From positions 32,001-96,000 of the forward strand of contig JBCBUK010000005.1 of assembly GCA_039818205.1 (NCBI GenBank): a stretch of DNA of 64,000 bases. Direction: 5' to 3'. This document shows positions 51,296 to 60,157 of the stretch, one piece after another. Source of the stretch: Verrucomicrobiota bacterium. Lineage in GTDB: Bacteria; Verrucomicrobiota; Verrucomicrobiia; Opitutales; Cerasicoccaceae. Under the pieces are notes generated by a model. That model was not told where the DNA came from. It saw only the letters and a list, made by a program, of their open reading frames with translations, and made no database searches. Positions within the stretch are counted from its first letter, which is position 1. Each line of letters opens with the position of its first letter. The position numbers were made by a program, and so were the translations under genes.

Positions 51296-52015
51296 ATGTT
51301 AACTGTAGATGAAAACAACATCCTCATCCGCCGGTCTAGAGAACGTGGCAGCACGCAACTTGGCTGGTTGGGCAGTAAACACAGCTTTTCGTTCGGATCG
51401 TACTGCGATCCCAATTTTGTCGGCTACCGTTCTTTACGCGTCATTAACGAAGACATAGTCGACCCGGGCAAGGGTTTCGAGAGCCATCCTCATCGTTCAA
51501 TGGAGATTCTTTCCTATGTTATTAGTGGGGAGCTGGAGCACAAGGACAGTTTGGGTAATGGCCGGGTCATCCAGGCGGGCGAGTTTCAGTATATGAGCGC
51601 AGGCTCTGGCGTCATCCATAGTGAATACAATCCGTCAAACGCGAACTCAGTACACTTTATCCAGATCTGGATCGAACCGCGCAATCAGGGTGGCGTCCCC
51701 AGATACGAGGAGCGGGACACCAACCACTACGCATCTTCCAACAGCCTTTCCTTGCTTGCCTCACCGGATGGGCGCGAAGGTTCGGTCGCGATGCGACAGG
51801 ACACACTAGTTTACCTAGGCAAACTAGCGGTCGATGACCAGTTGAGCGTTTCATCCAGCGCTTCCAATTCCTATAGCTGGCTGCAAATGATCAAAGGAAA
51901 ACTGAAAATTAACTGCCACGAGCTTCAGCCCGGCGACGGGGCCTCCATCGAAAAGCAAAACATGACGCTGCAAGCTCTCTCAGCCTGCGAGTTTCTCCTC
52001 TTTCGCCTCTCATAG
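51296..52015 (+). CDS. Pirin family protein (YhhW-like)
   Basis: HSFSFGSY, LRVINED, HPHRSMEI, HKDSLGN, MSAGSGVIHSE, IQIWI. Confidence 0.93.
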   Translation: MLTVDENNILIRRSRERGSTQLGWLGSKHSFSFGSYCDPNFVGYRSLRVINEDIVDPGKGFESHPHRSMEILSYVISGELEHKDSLGNGRVIQAGEFQYMSAGSGVIHSEYNPSNANSVHFIQIWIEPRNQGGVPRYEERDTNHYASSNSLSLLASPDGREGSVAMRQDTLVYLGKLAVDDQLSVSSSASNSYSWLQMIKGKLKINCHELQPGDGASIEKQNMTLQALSACEFLLFRLS

Positions 52016-52090
52016 TATGCTTCAATAATATTAATTAACAACATGATTTCATTAAAATCACTATAGTGTCATGCAACAAGAAGCGTTAAA

Positions 52091-53896
52091 ATGAATACAA
52101 CAAACCGTAGAGATTTTATAAAAACGACCGCTGCAGCCTCGGCTGGCATGCTGGTCGGCAACACGCTTCTGGCTGAGGCGCAAGGCCACAGTGCGGATAA
52201 GCCGCTTGTTATTACGAATGCCAAAGTGCTAACGATCGACCACCAAAACCGCATTGCAGAAGCCTTCATCATCGAGGACGGATACTTCACCTTTGTCGGT
52301 AACTCTGCAGATGCTCTGGCCAAAAAGCCGGCCGGAGCCAACGTCATCGACGCGAAAGGAGCGACCATTATACCGGGGCTCAATGACTCGCACACGCATG
52401 TGATTCGTGGCGGAATGATGTATGCGCTTGAGCTGCGCTGGGACAACGTCACTTCGGTCGAAGAAGGCCTCGAATTGATCCGCCTGCAAGCGGCCCGCAC
52501 TCCGAAGGGGCAGTGGATTCGCGTAGTCGGTGGTTGGACTTACGAGCAATTTAAAGAAAAGCGCATGCCGACGCTGGACGAAATCAACAAAGTCGCCCCC
52601 AACCATCCGGTCCTTGTTAAATACCTCTACGCTCACGCTTGGCTGAATAAAAAAGCGATCGAAGAAATTGGCTACAATGGCCCCGACGCGCCGATCTATC
52701 CAGGAGGGTATATCGCCCGAAATCGCAATGGCAATGCGACAGGAATGCTCATGGCCGATCCTTCCGGACTCATTCTTTACAAGACGCTGCAGCGGACGCC
52801 AAAGCTCTCAAAGGACGACCAGTATCTTTCCAGCCGCCATTACCATCGCGAGCTGAACGGTCTCGGCATCACCAGCGTCGCCGACTGCGGCGGTGGCGGC
52901 ATGGTCTTTCCAACCGCTTACGATGTCATCCAACGCCTACACGACAAGGGCGACCAAACCGTCCGTGTCGGCTACTCCACTTTCCCGCAAGTTAAGGGTC
53001 AGGAAGACGACGACTATCGCCGCTGGACCAAGACTTGGAAAGCCGGTCAGGGCGACAACATGCTCCGCTTCATCGGAGCGGGGGAGAACATCTGCTGGGC
53101 GGCTTACGACTACGAGATTTTCCGCATGTCGCGTCCGGATATCGACCGCGATGCGGAGATTCGCCAAGAGCATATCCTCCGCACCATTCACGCGGCCGGC
53201 TGGCCGTCCCGCCAGCACATGACGTATAACGAGACGATTGATCGCCTCCTTCCGGTCTACGAAAAAGTCGCGCATCAGCTTGGTGGACTTTCCGGCCACT
53301 GGTGTATCGACCACGCGGAGACGATCACCGATGTGAATCTTGAAAAGATCGCCCGTCTCGGTGGCGGTATCGCGATTCAGAATCGTATCGCTTACCAAGC
53401 ACAGGATTTCATCGAGCAATACGGCTCCGAGGAACTCGCGCAAACACCACCCGTTCGCAAGATGCTCGACATGGGCATCCCTGTTGGCGGCGGCACCGAC
53501 TCGACCCGCGTCTCCAGCTATAACCCATGGCTCTCTCTTGAGTGGCTCGTCACTGGTAAGTCACTCGGCGGCCTGCAAATGTATGGCGACGAGAACATTC
53601 TCAACCGGATGGAAGCGCTCCGTATCTGGACCAAGGGCAGTGCTTGGTTCACAAACGAAGAGAAGGAAAAAGGTGCAATTGAAAAAGGTCAGCTCGCTGA
53701 CTTCGCCCTCCTCGACCGTGACTATCTCAACATCGCGGATGACGAAGTCCGGATGATTCGCTCCGACATGACCGTCGTCGGCGGACGCGTCGTCCACGGC
53801 AAGGGTCGCTACGAAATGTATGCACCCGTTCTTCCGAACCTTCGTCCCGGATGGTCGCCCGTCAATGAGTTCGGCGGCTTCTATCCAAACTCCTAG
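52091..53896 (+). CDS. YtcJ/NfdA-like metal-dependent amidohydrolase with Tat signal
   Basis: NRRDFIK twin-arginine signal; PGLNDSHTH, LELRWD, DHAET, GGGTDSTRVSSYNPW. Confidence 0.92.
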   Translation: MNTTNRRDFIKTTAAASAGMLVGNTLLAEAQGHSADKPLVITNAKVLTIDHQNRIAEAFIIEDGYFTFVGNSADALAKKPAGANVIDAKGATIIPGLNDSHTHVIRGGMMYALELRWDNVTSVEEGLELIRLQAARTPKGQWIRVVGGWTYEQFKEKRMPTLDEINKVAPNHPVLVKYLYAHAWLNKKAIEEIGYNGPDAPIYPGGYIARNRNGNATGMLMADPSGLILYKTLQRTPKLSKDDQYLSSRHYHRELNGLGITSVADCGGGGMVFPTAYDVIQRLHDKGDQTVRVGYSTFPQVKGQEDDDYRRWTKTWKAGQGDNMLRFIGAGENICWAAYDYEIFRMSRPDIDRDAEIRQEHILRTIHAAGWPSRQHMTYNETIDRLLPVYEKVAHQLGGLSGHWCIDHAETITDVNLEKIARLGGGIAIQNRIAYQAQDFIEQYGSEELAQTPPVRKMLDMGIPVGGGTDSTRVSSYNPWLSLEWLVTGKSLGGLQMYGDENILNRMEALRIWTKGSAWFTNEEKEKGAIEKGQLADFALLDRDYLNIADDEVRMIRSDMTVVGGRVVHGKGRYEMYAPVLPNLRPGWSPVNEFGGFYPNS

Positions 53897-53967
53897 GCCC
53901 AACAAAAAAATTTACTTATTCAAGTAATCAAAAACTAAGAAACTAAAGACAAATAAATATACACATC

Positions 53968-54654
53968 ATGCCAGACTACCACAAACTATTCACAGCTGAG
54001 GACAGCGCCGTTGTCTTCATCGATCACCAACCGCAAATGACATTCGGCGTCGCGAACATCGATCGCGCGACTCTGATGCAAAACACAGTTCTTCTTGCGA
54101 AAGTTGCTAAGGAATTTGGGGTTCCTGCGATCCTGACTGCAGTTGAGACTGAGAGCTTCTCCGGTTACATCTGGCCTGAGCTCATGGACGTCTTCCCGGA
54201 CCAACAGCCAATCGAGCGAACCAGCATGAATTCTTGGGATGACAACGGTTTCCGCGATGCGATCAAGGCAACTGGCAAGAAGAACATCATCATGACCGGT
54301 CTTTGGACTGAAGTTTGCGTGACTTGGCCAACCATCGAGATGCTTGGTGAAGGTTACAACATCTACGTCGTTGAAGACTGCTGTGGCGCGACATCACCTG
54401 CCGCACACGAAGCAGCTCTCAGTCGCATGGTTCAAGCTGGCGCCGTTCGCCTCACCACAATCGGTGGCCTCCTGGAATGGCAGCGTGACTGGGCAAACCG
54501 TGAGCACTACAATGAGCTCATGAACCTTCTTAAGCCAGCTGCTGGTGCATACGGTGTGGGCGTTGAGTATGCTTACACAATGGTTCACAAGGCGCCACAA
54601 TCCGCCAAGAACGCACAAGTCGTCACACCATCTGCTGGTTCCGTCGAGAGCTAA
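53968..54654 (+). CDS. YcaC-like isochorismatase-family cysteine hydrolase
   Basis: FIDHQPQM, ERTSMNSW, GLWTEVCV, EWQRDW. Confidence 0.92.
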   Translation: MPDYHKLFTAEDSAVVFIDHQPQMTFGVANIDRATLMQNTVLLAKVAKEFGVPAILTAVETESFSGYIWPELMDVFPDQQPIERTSMNSWDDNGFRDAIKATGKKNIIMTGLWTEVCVTWPTIEMLGEGYNIYVVEDCCGATSPAAHEAALSRMVQAGAVRLTTIGGLLEWQRDWANREHYNELMNLLKPAAGAYGVGVEYAYTMVHKAPQSAKNAQVVTPSAGSVES

Positions 54655-54735
54655 GCGCAGGTTGATTGTTATTCAATCAGTTTGAGCGGCCGTGCGTACA
54701 CGGCCGCTCATTTCAACCACCCAGATTTTCTTCCA

Positions 54736-56445
54736 ATGAGCACTGATACAGAAGCCATCGTGATCGTAAAGAACGCCAAGATCACCACGATGAACCCGCA
54801 ACAACCTGAGGCGACCTGTCTCGCTCTCGCCGATGGTAAATTTCTCGCCGTTGGAAATGATGAAGATGTTGCGAATTACGAAGGCGCCTCCACCCGCGTA
54901 GTCGACGCCAAGCGGCACCGCTTGATTCCCGGCCTGAACGACTCGCACATCCACGGTATCCGCCAGGGGCTCAACTATTCGATGGAGCTCCGCTGGGATG
55001 CTCAAACCACACTTTCCGAAGCCTTGTTCCGCCTCAAGGAGCAAGCCATGCGCACACCTCCGGGGCAGTGGGTCCGCGTCGTCGGCGGTTGGAGTTACAA
55101 CCAGTTTGCCGAGCAGCGTCACCCAACAATCGACGAAATCAATGTCGCGACCGGTGACACACCCGCCTACGTGCTTCACCTATATGATTACGCCGTGCTC
55201 AACAAAGCAGGCCTAAAAGCACTCGGTTTTGATAAAGATCGCGCCGACACTTTTCCCGGTGGCCGTATCATCCGTGGACCAAAGGGGAACCCAACCGGCA
55301 TGTTCATCGCTGTGCCCAGCGCGGTGATTCTCTACTCGCTCCTCAACATGCTACCAAAGCTCGATGAGGACGAAGCCTATCTTTCCAGCCGCCACTTCAT
55401 GAAGGAGATGAACCGCTTTGGCGTGACCAGTTTCCTCGATGCCGGTGGAGGTTTCCTCAACTATCCAGACGACTACGGCGTCATCCGCAAGCTGCGCGAA
55501 GAAAACAAGATGACCACCCGTATCGGCTTCAACCTCTTTGCCCAAAAGGCGGGCGGTGAGCTGGCAGACTTCGAGCGTTGGACGGAAACCTTCAAGCCGG
55601 ACGAAGGCGACCACATGCTCAAGATCAATGGTGCGGGTGAAATGCTTCGCGCCTCCGCCTACGACTTCGAGGACTTCATTCTCCCGCGTCCCGACTTCAA
55701 GGAAACCATGGAGGAGGATCTCTTCGAGGTTGTCGAGCTCCTCGCCCGCAAGCGCTGGCCCTTCCGTTTCCACGCCACCTACGATGAAAGCGCGACCCGT
55801 ATCCTCAACGTCCTGGAAACAGTGAACCGCGAGTATCCACTGGAAGGCCTCCACTGGATCTTTGACCACGGCGAAACGCTTAAGGAAAGGAACATCGAGC
55901 GTATCGCGAAAATGGGCGGTGGTATCTCCGTGCAGAATCGAATCGCCTTTCAGGAGAAGCAATTCCTCGACCGTTACGGTTCCGACATGGCCAACGACGC
56001 GCCACCGCTCAAAAAGATCATGGAGATGGGCGTGCCACTTGGTAACGGCACCGACGCGACACGTGTCTCTAGCTACAACCCGTGGCTTTCGATCCACTGG
56101 ACCGTCAGTGGTAAGGGCATGGGCGGCGCGACGCTCATCGGTAAAAAGAACCGCCTCGACCGCCACACCGCGCTCAAGCTCTACACCGACAATGCGTGGT
56201 TCTCACGCGAAGAAGACGTCAAAGGGCGCATTGAGCCCGGTATGCTCGCTGACTTCACCCTTCTTTCCGAAGACTACTTCACCATCGAAGAGGACGAAAT
56301 CCGCGACCTCGAGTCCGTGCTCACCATTCTCGACGGCGAAGTCGTCTACGGCAAGGGCCCATTCTCAGCACTCGCACCGGAAGATCTACCGGAGCTCGCC
56401 GAGTGGACACCCGTCAAAAACTACGGCGGTTTCGTTAGGCCATAA
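54736..56445 (+). CDS. YtcJ/NfdA-like metal-dependent amidohydrolase, cytoplasmic paralogue
   Basis: PGLNDSHIH, MELRWD, FHATYDE, DHGET, GTDATRVSSYNPW; no signal peptide. Confidence 0.92.
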   Translation: MSTDTEAIVIVKNAKITTMNPQQPEATCLALADGKFLAVGNDEDVANYEGASTRVVDAKRHRLIPGLNDSHIHGIRQGLNYSMELRWDAQTTLSEALFRLKEQAMRTPPGQWVRVVGGWSYNQFAEQRHPTIDEINVATGDTPAYVLHLYDYAVLNKAGLKALGFDKDRADTFPGGRIIRGPKGNPTGMFIAVPSAVILYSLLNMLPKLDEDEAYLSSRHFMKEMNRFGVTSFLDAGGGFLNYPDDYGVIRKLREENKMTTRIGFNLFAQKAGGELADFERWTETFKPDEGDHMLKINGAGEMLRASAYDFEDFILPRPDFKETMEEDLFEVVELLARKRWPFRFHATYDESATRILNVLETVNREYPLEGLHWIFDHGETLKERNIERIAKMGGGISVQNRIAFQEKQFLDRYGSDMANDAPPLKKIMEMGVPLGNGTDATRVSSYNPWLSIHWTVSGKGMGGATLIGKKNRLDRHTALKLYTDNAWFSREEDVKGRIEPGMLADFTLLSEDYFTIEEDEIRDLESVLTILDGEVVYGKGPFSALAPEDLPELAEWTPVKNYGGFVRP

Positions 56446-56455
56446 ATTATTTTGT

Positions 56456-56530
56456 TAACCGCAGAGCTCGCTGAGAGCGCTGAGCGAAGGAGACTAGCTC
56501 TCCAAGATAGCTCTGCGAACTCTGCGGTTA
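56456..56530. repeat. REP-like intergenic inverted repeat
   Basis: TAACCGCAGAGCTCGCTGAG ... CTCTGCGAACTCTGCGGTTA. Confidence 0.7.
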
Positions 56531-56545
56531 GAACAAATTCCTAGG

Positions 56546-57580
56546 ATGATTCATTGTCTCATCACCCGCGAAGTTCGCGAAGGCAAAGAAGCCGAATTCG
56601 AGGCTGCCGTGCGCAGCTTCTTCTCCGATGCAATTTGTGATACCAATACCGCAGGAGCCCAGCTCGTCGCCCCGGTCAACGAAAGTTCACGAACTTATGG
56701 CATCCTACGCTCCTTTCCAGACGATGCCGCTCGCGATGCCTTTTATGCGTCCGACGGCTTTCGTGCCTGGTCGGAATACGTCTCCGAATTTGTCGAGGGC
56801 GAGGCCGTTCGGAAAGAGCTAAATGGCTTGGAAGCTTTCTTTCGAGATGAGGGCCCTGCAGGACCGCCGCCGACATGGAAAATGGCAATCATCACTTGGC
56901 TCGGTGTGAATTTTACCACCACGCCGCTGCTGCTCGTTCTCATGCCGCTGCTCGTCGGCACCTACGGGATAAAGTTTCCCTTCGATAACTTCGTTTTCAA
57001 TGTATTCGTTGTGGCACTACTTAGCTGGCTCGTCATGCCTGCTATCGCGAAGCTCTTTGACAAATGGTTGCATGCCAAGCCCGCTAAGCCAGCCGAACCA
57101 TCGAAAGCAAAGCAGTCCGGGGTGCCCAAGTTCTTGGCCATCTTCTTTGATTCCAAATCCTACGAGCCCGTTCGCGACCGTGCAATTGCCGCCTTCGCGC
57201 TCTTCCTGGGCATCACGACCGCCATGCTACACGGCTGGCCAAAACTGGTCGGCGCTTTTCATTACTTCACCAAGGCCGAACCTTGGCGGGATATTGATCT
57301 GGTTGTCGCCCTTGGGCTGCCATTTCCCGCCATCATGGCGACCTTCGCAGGTTGTATTCAGTTCTTCTGTAGTCTCGCGCTCAGTGTCGGATTCCTGACC
57401 CGCATCAACTCCATCATGGTAGGCTCGACTCTCATTGTCGCCCTCTATTGGAACGCCGCCCAAGGCAAAGACAATCAAGTCGCTCTGCTGTACTTTGCGG
57501 GCTTCACACTGCTCGCCGTCATCAACGGTGGTCGTATGAGCTTAGACTCTTTCATTAATCAGAAAAAGGTATTCGCATAA
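56546..57580 (+). CDS. Fusion: ABM-like (antibiotic biosynthesis monooxygenase) membrane protein + DoxX domain
   Basis: REVREGKEAEFE, GLEAFF...PPTWKMAIITWLGV; then LHGWPKL, LGLPFP, GFLTR, GGRMSLD. Confidence 0.75.
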   Translation: MIHCLITREVREGKEAEFEAAVRSFFSDAICDTNTAGAQLVAPVNESSRTYGILRSFPDDAARDAFYASDGFRAWSEYVSEFVEGEAVRKELNGLEAFFRDEGPAGPPPTWKMAIITWLGVNFTTTPLLLVLMPLLVGTYGIKFPFDNFVFNVFVVALLSWLVMPAIAKLFDKWLHAKPAKPAEPSKAKQSGVPKFLAIFFDSKSYEPVRDRAIAAFALFLGITTAMLHGWPKLVGAFHYFTKAEPWRDIDLVVALGLPFPAIMATFAGCIQFFCSLALSVGFLTRINSIMVGSTLIVALYWNAAQGKDNQVALLYFAGFTLLAVINGGRMSLDSFINQKKVFA

Positions 57581-57586
57581 TAGATC

Positions 57587-59149
57587 ATGGGCTCCTTCTC
57601 ACCACTAAAAAACAAGGTGTTTCGGTCGCTATGGATTGCTACCGTTATTTCGAACATCGGACACTGGATGCACGAAGTCGGTGCGGCGTGGCTGATGACC
57701 GATCTAAGCGACTCGCCCTTCATGGTGGCTCTGGTGCAAACCTCCTTGACCTTACCGTTCTTTTTCTTCGCGCTGCCCGCAGGAGTGTTGACGGACTTGC
57801 TCGACCGCAGGAAATATCTTCTCACAATTCAAATCGGCGCAGCCATCGCGGCGGCGGCCCTAGCGATCACCGGGATCACGATAGGCTATACTCCGGTGAC
57901 CCTCTTGCTCTTTTCCTTCTTGCTCGGTCTCACCACGGCGATGACTGCACCGGCATGGCAAGCAGTCGTACCTGAGCTGGTCGATAAGTCGGAGTTGCCC
58001 AATGCCGTGGCGCTCAACGGCATGGGAGTCAATATCGCCCGTGCGATTGGACCGGCGGCAGCCGGGCTCTTGGTCGCCATGTCGGGACCAACGCTGGTCT
58101 TTGCACTCAACGCGCTCTCGTTCCTCTACATCACTTGGGCGCTTTGGCGCTGGAAACGACCGGCTAAGAAACAAAATCTGCCCCCGGAGCAATTTTGGGC
58201 AGCCGTCGTCACAGGGTTTCGGTTCATCCTGCATGCGCCGCCTTTCCGCGCCGTCCTTTATCGCATCGGCTGCTTCATGATCAGCGCGAGCGCGGTATGG
58301 GCTTTGTTGCCAGTCCTCGCTCGCAACGAACTGGGCCTGAACGCGACAGAATACGGGATACTGCTGGGCTCCCTTGGCGCGGGAGCCATTACCTTGGCTT
58401 CTCAGGTAACCGTCCTCAAAAAGCAGCTAGATCCAGCTCGCATGATTACCATTGGTGGCTTTGTTTTCGCGGGAGTCACCCTCGCGCTTGCTCTTGTTCA
58501 GAATTTCTGGGTGCTACTGCCGGTTATGTTCCTGGGCGGTGCCTCGTGGCTGAGCCTGCTCTCCACTTTTAACGTCGGCGCCCAAGCCGCGCTGCCTCCC
58601 TGGGTTCGTGGACGGGCACTCTCCGTCTACCTACTTATTTTCTTTGGCGGTATGGCGCTGGGTAGCCTGCTTTGGGGTGCGATTGCCGATCTGATTGGAA
58701 CGAGTAACACGCTTATGGCAGCCGCCGGGCTGCAACTCGTCGCCTGGTTCGTGACCCGCAAACTGCCAGTCCGCAATGGCGGCCAAAGCGAAATGACGCC
58801 CTCGCTTCACTGGCCAACCCCAAATTTTGACGGCGAGACCGTTACCGAACGGCCGCTGCTTTTGCAGAAAACCTATCTCGTGAATTCCGCTCGTGTTCAG
58901 GAATTCGTCAAGAAAGCCGAACGGCTTCGGTCCATACGGCTGCGCGACGGGGCAAACTTCTGGGGGATTTATGCTTCCTCCGAGAATCCAGGAGAGGTCT
59001 ATGAGTTCTTCCAGCACAACTCGGCCATCGACCATATTCGCAGCCACGAGCGTTTCACCAAGGAAGACCAAGATTTCGAGCAAGAGCTTCTCGAATTTCA
59101 TATCGGAGAGGAACCACCAAAAGTACTGCACTATACGCAGATGTGGTAG
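57587..59149 (+). CDS. MFS transporter (MFS_3/DUF894 type) with soluble C-terminal domain
   Basis: FRSLWIATVISNIGHWM, AAWLMT, APAWQAVVPELV, NIARAIGPA, WVRGRALS, RLRDGA. Confidence 0.92.
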   Translation: MGSFSPLKNKVFRSLWIATVISNIGHWMHEVGAAWLMTDLSDSPFMVALVQTSLTLPFFFFALPAGVLTDLLDRRKYLLTIQIGAAIAAAALAITGITIGYTPVTLLLFSFLLGLTTAMTAPAWQAVVPELVDKSELPNAVALNGMGVNIARAIGPAAAGLLVAMSGPTLVFALNALSFLYITWALWRWKRPAKKQNLPPEQFWAAVVTGFRFILHAPPFRAVLYRIGCFMISASAVWALLPVLARNELGLNATEYGILLGSLGAGAITLASQVTVLKKQLDPARMITIGGFVFAGVTLALALVQNFWVLLPVMFLGGASWLSLLSTFNVGAQAALPPWVRGRALSVYLLIFFGGMALGSLLWGAIADLIGTSNTLMAAAGLQLVAWFVTRKLPVRNGGQSEMTPSLHWPTPNFDGETVTERPLLLQKTYLVNSARVQEFVKKAERLRSIRLRDGANFWGIYASSENPGEVYEFFQHNSAIDHIRSHERFTKEDQDFEQELLEFHIGEEPPKVLHYTQMW

Positions 59150-59203
59150 TCTCATTTTCGTTTACATAACCCAATCACCGAACACCTAACCAAAGATACT
59201 AGC

Positions 59204-60112
59204 ATGCTCCCAAATCCCAATGACTGTCATTTCCGAACAGCCAACGCCGTGGAGACTTTCGAAGGCGTCGTGGTTGACGTTCGCACGCCTGAAGCCTATG
59301 CGGAGGCTCACATTCCCGGAACTGATAACCACTGCGTTTACCAAGTGGACTTCCTGGAAAGTTTTCCCGAAGCGTATCCGGACAAAAAAACTGAAATTCT
59401 CGTTTATGGAGACGGCGAACCGTATAAGGCGGACTTGGCCGCGCTCGGCCGTCTGCAAGCACTCGGCTATACGGATGTGTCCATTCTCAAAGGCGGACTC
59501 ACACAATGGCTGGCGGAATCACGTACCGTCGAAGGGGAGGAGAAAACCGCAGGCGAGACAATTGGAGCGCTTAGCCTTGTCTTGGAAGCCAAACGGACTA
59601 AAGTCCGCTGGGTGGGGCGCAACCTGCTCAACCAGCACTATGGTGAAATCATAGCCAAAGACGGTTTTCTGGAATTGAACGCAAATGGTCAACCGACCGC
59701 AGGCAAGGTAACTGTTGATCTACGTAAGATAATCAACCACGACATCGAAGATAAATCGCTTGCTAAGGGCCTCATCAGCCACTTGGCCAGTGCAGACTTT
59801 TTTGACGTGGAAAATCATCCCGATGCATTCTATGAACTGTCGTCAGCTAAGCCCCTCGCTGCTTCGACCTATGGAAAGCCAAACTATCGGGTTAGCGGTT
59901 TAATGACGGCCCGAGGGAAAACGATGGCGTTAGATATCGAGGCACTAATCGAACCCATTGAAAGCGGCTACGTGTTCCAGGCGACCTTCGACTTTGATCG
60001 AACTCAAGTGGGTGCGCTCTATGGCTCTGGTAGGATTTTTGAGCGTCTGGGCATGCACTTGGTGAATGATCTCGTCAGCGTAGATGTCGCTGCCTTTTTC
60101 ACGGCATCGTAA
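59204..60112 (+). CDS. Rhodanese-like + YceI fusion protein
   Basis: VDVRTPEAYAEAHIPG, LKGGLTQW; VRWVGRN, HLASADFFDVENHP, DRT..G..YGSG. Confidence 0.85.
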   Translation: MLPNPNDCHFRTANAVETFEGVVVDVRTPEAYAEAHIPGTDNHCVYQVDFLESFPEAYPDKKTEILVYGDGEPYKADLAALGRLQALGYTDVSILKGGLTQWLAESRTVEGEEKTAGETIGALSLVLEAKRTKVRWVGRNLLNQHYGEIIAKDGFLELNANGQPTAGKVTVDLRKIINHDIEDKSLAKGLISHLASADFFDVENHPDAFYELSSAKPLAASTYGKPNYRVSGLMTARGKTMALDIEALIEPIESGYVFQATFDFDRTQVGALYGSGRIFERLGMHLVNDLVSVDVAAFFTAS

Positions 60113-60157
60113 TCATCTTTGCGCCAAGCGCTTTTTGTAGCAGCAACTAGGATTCCA

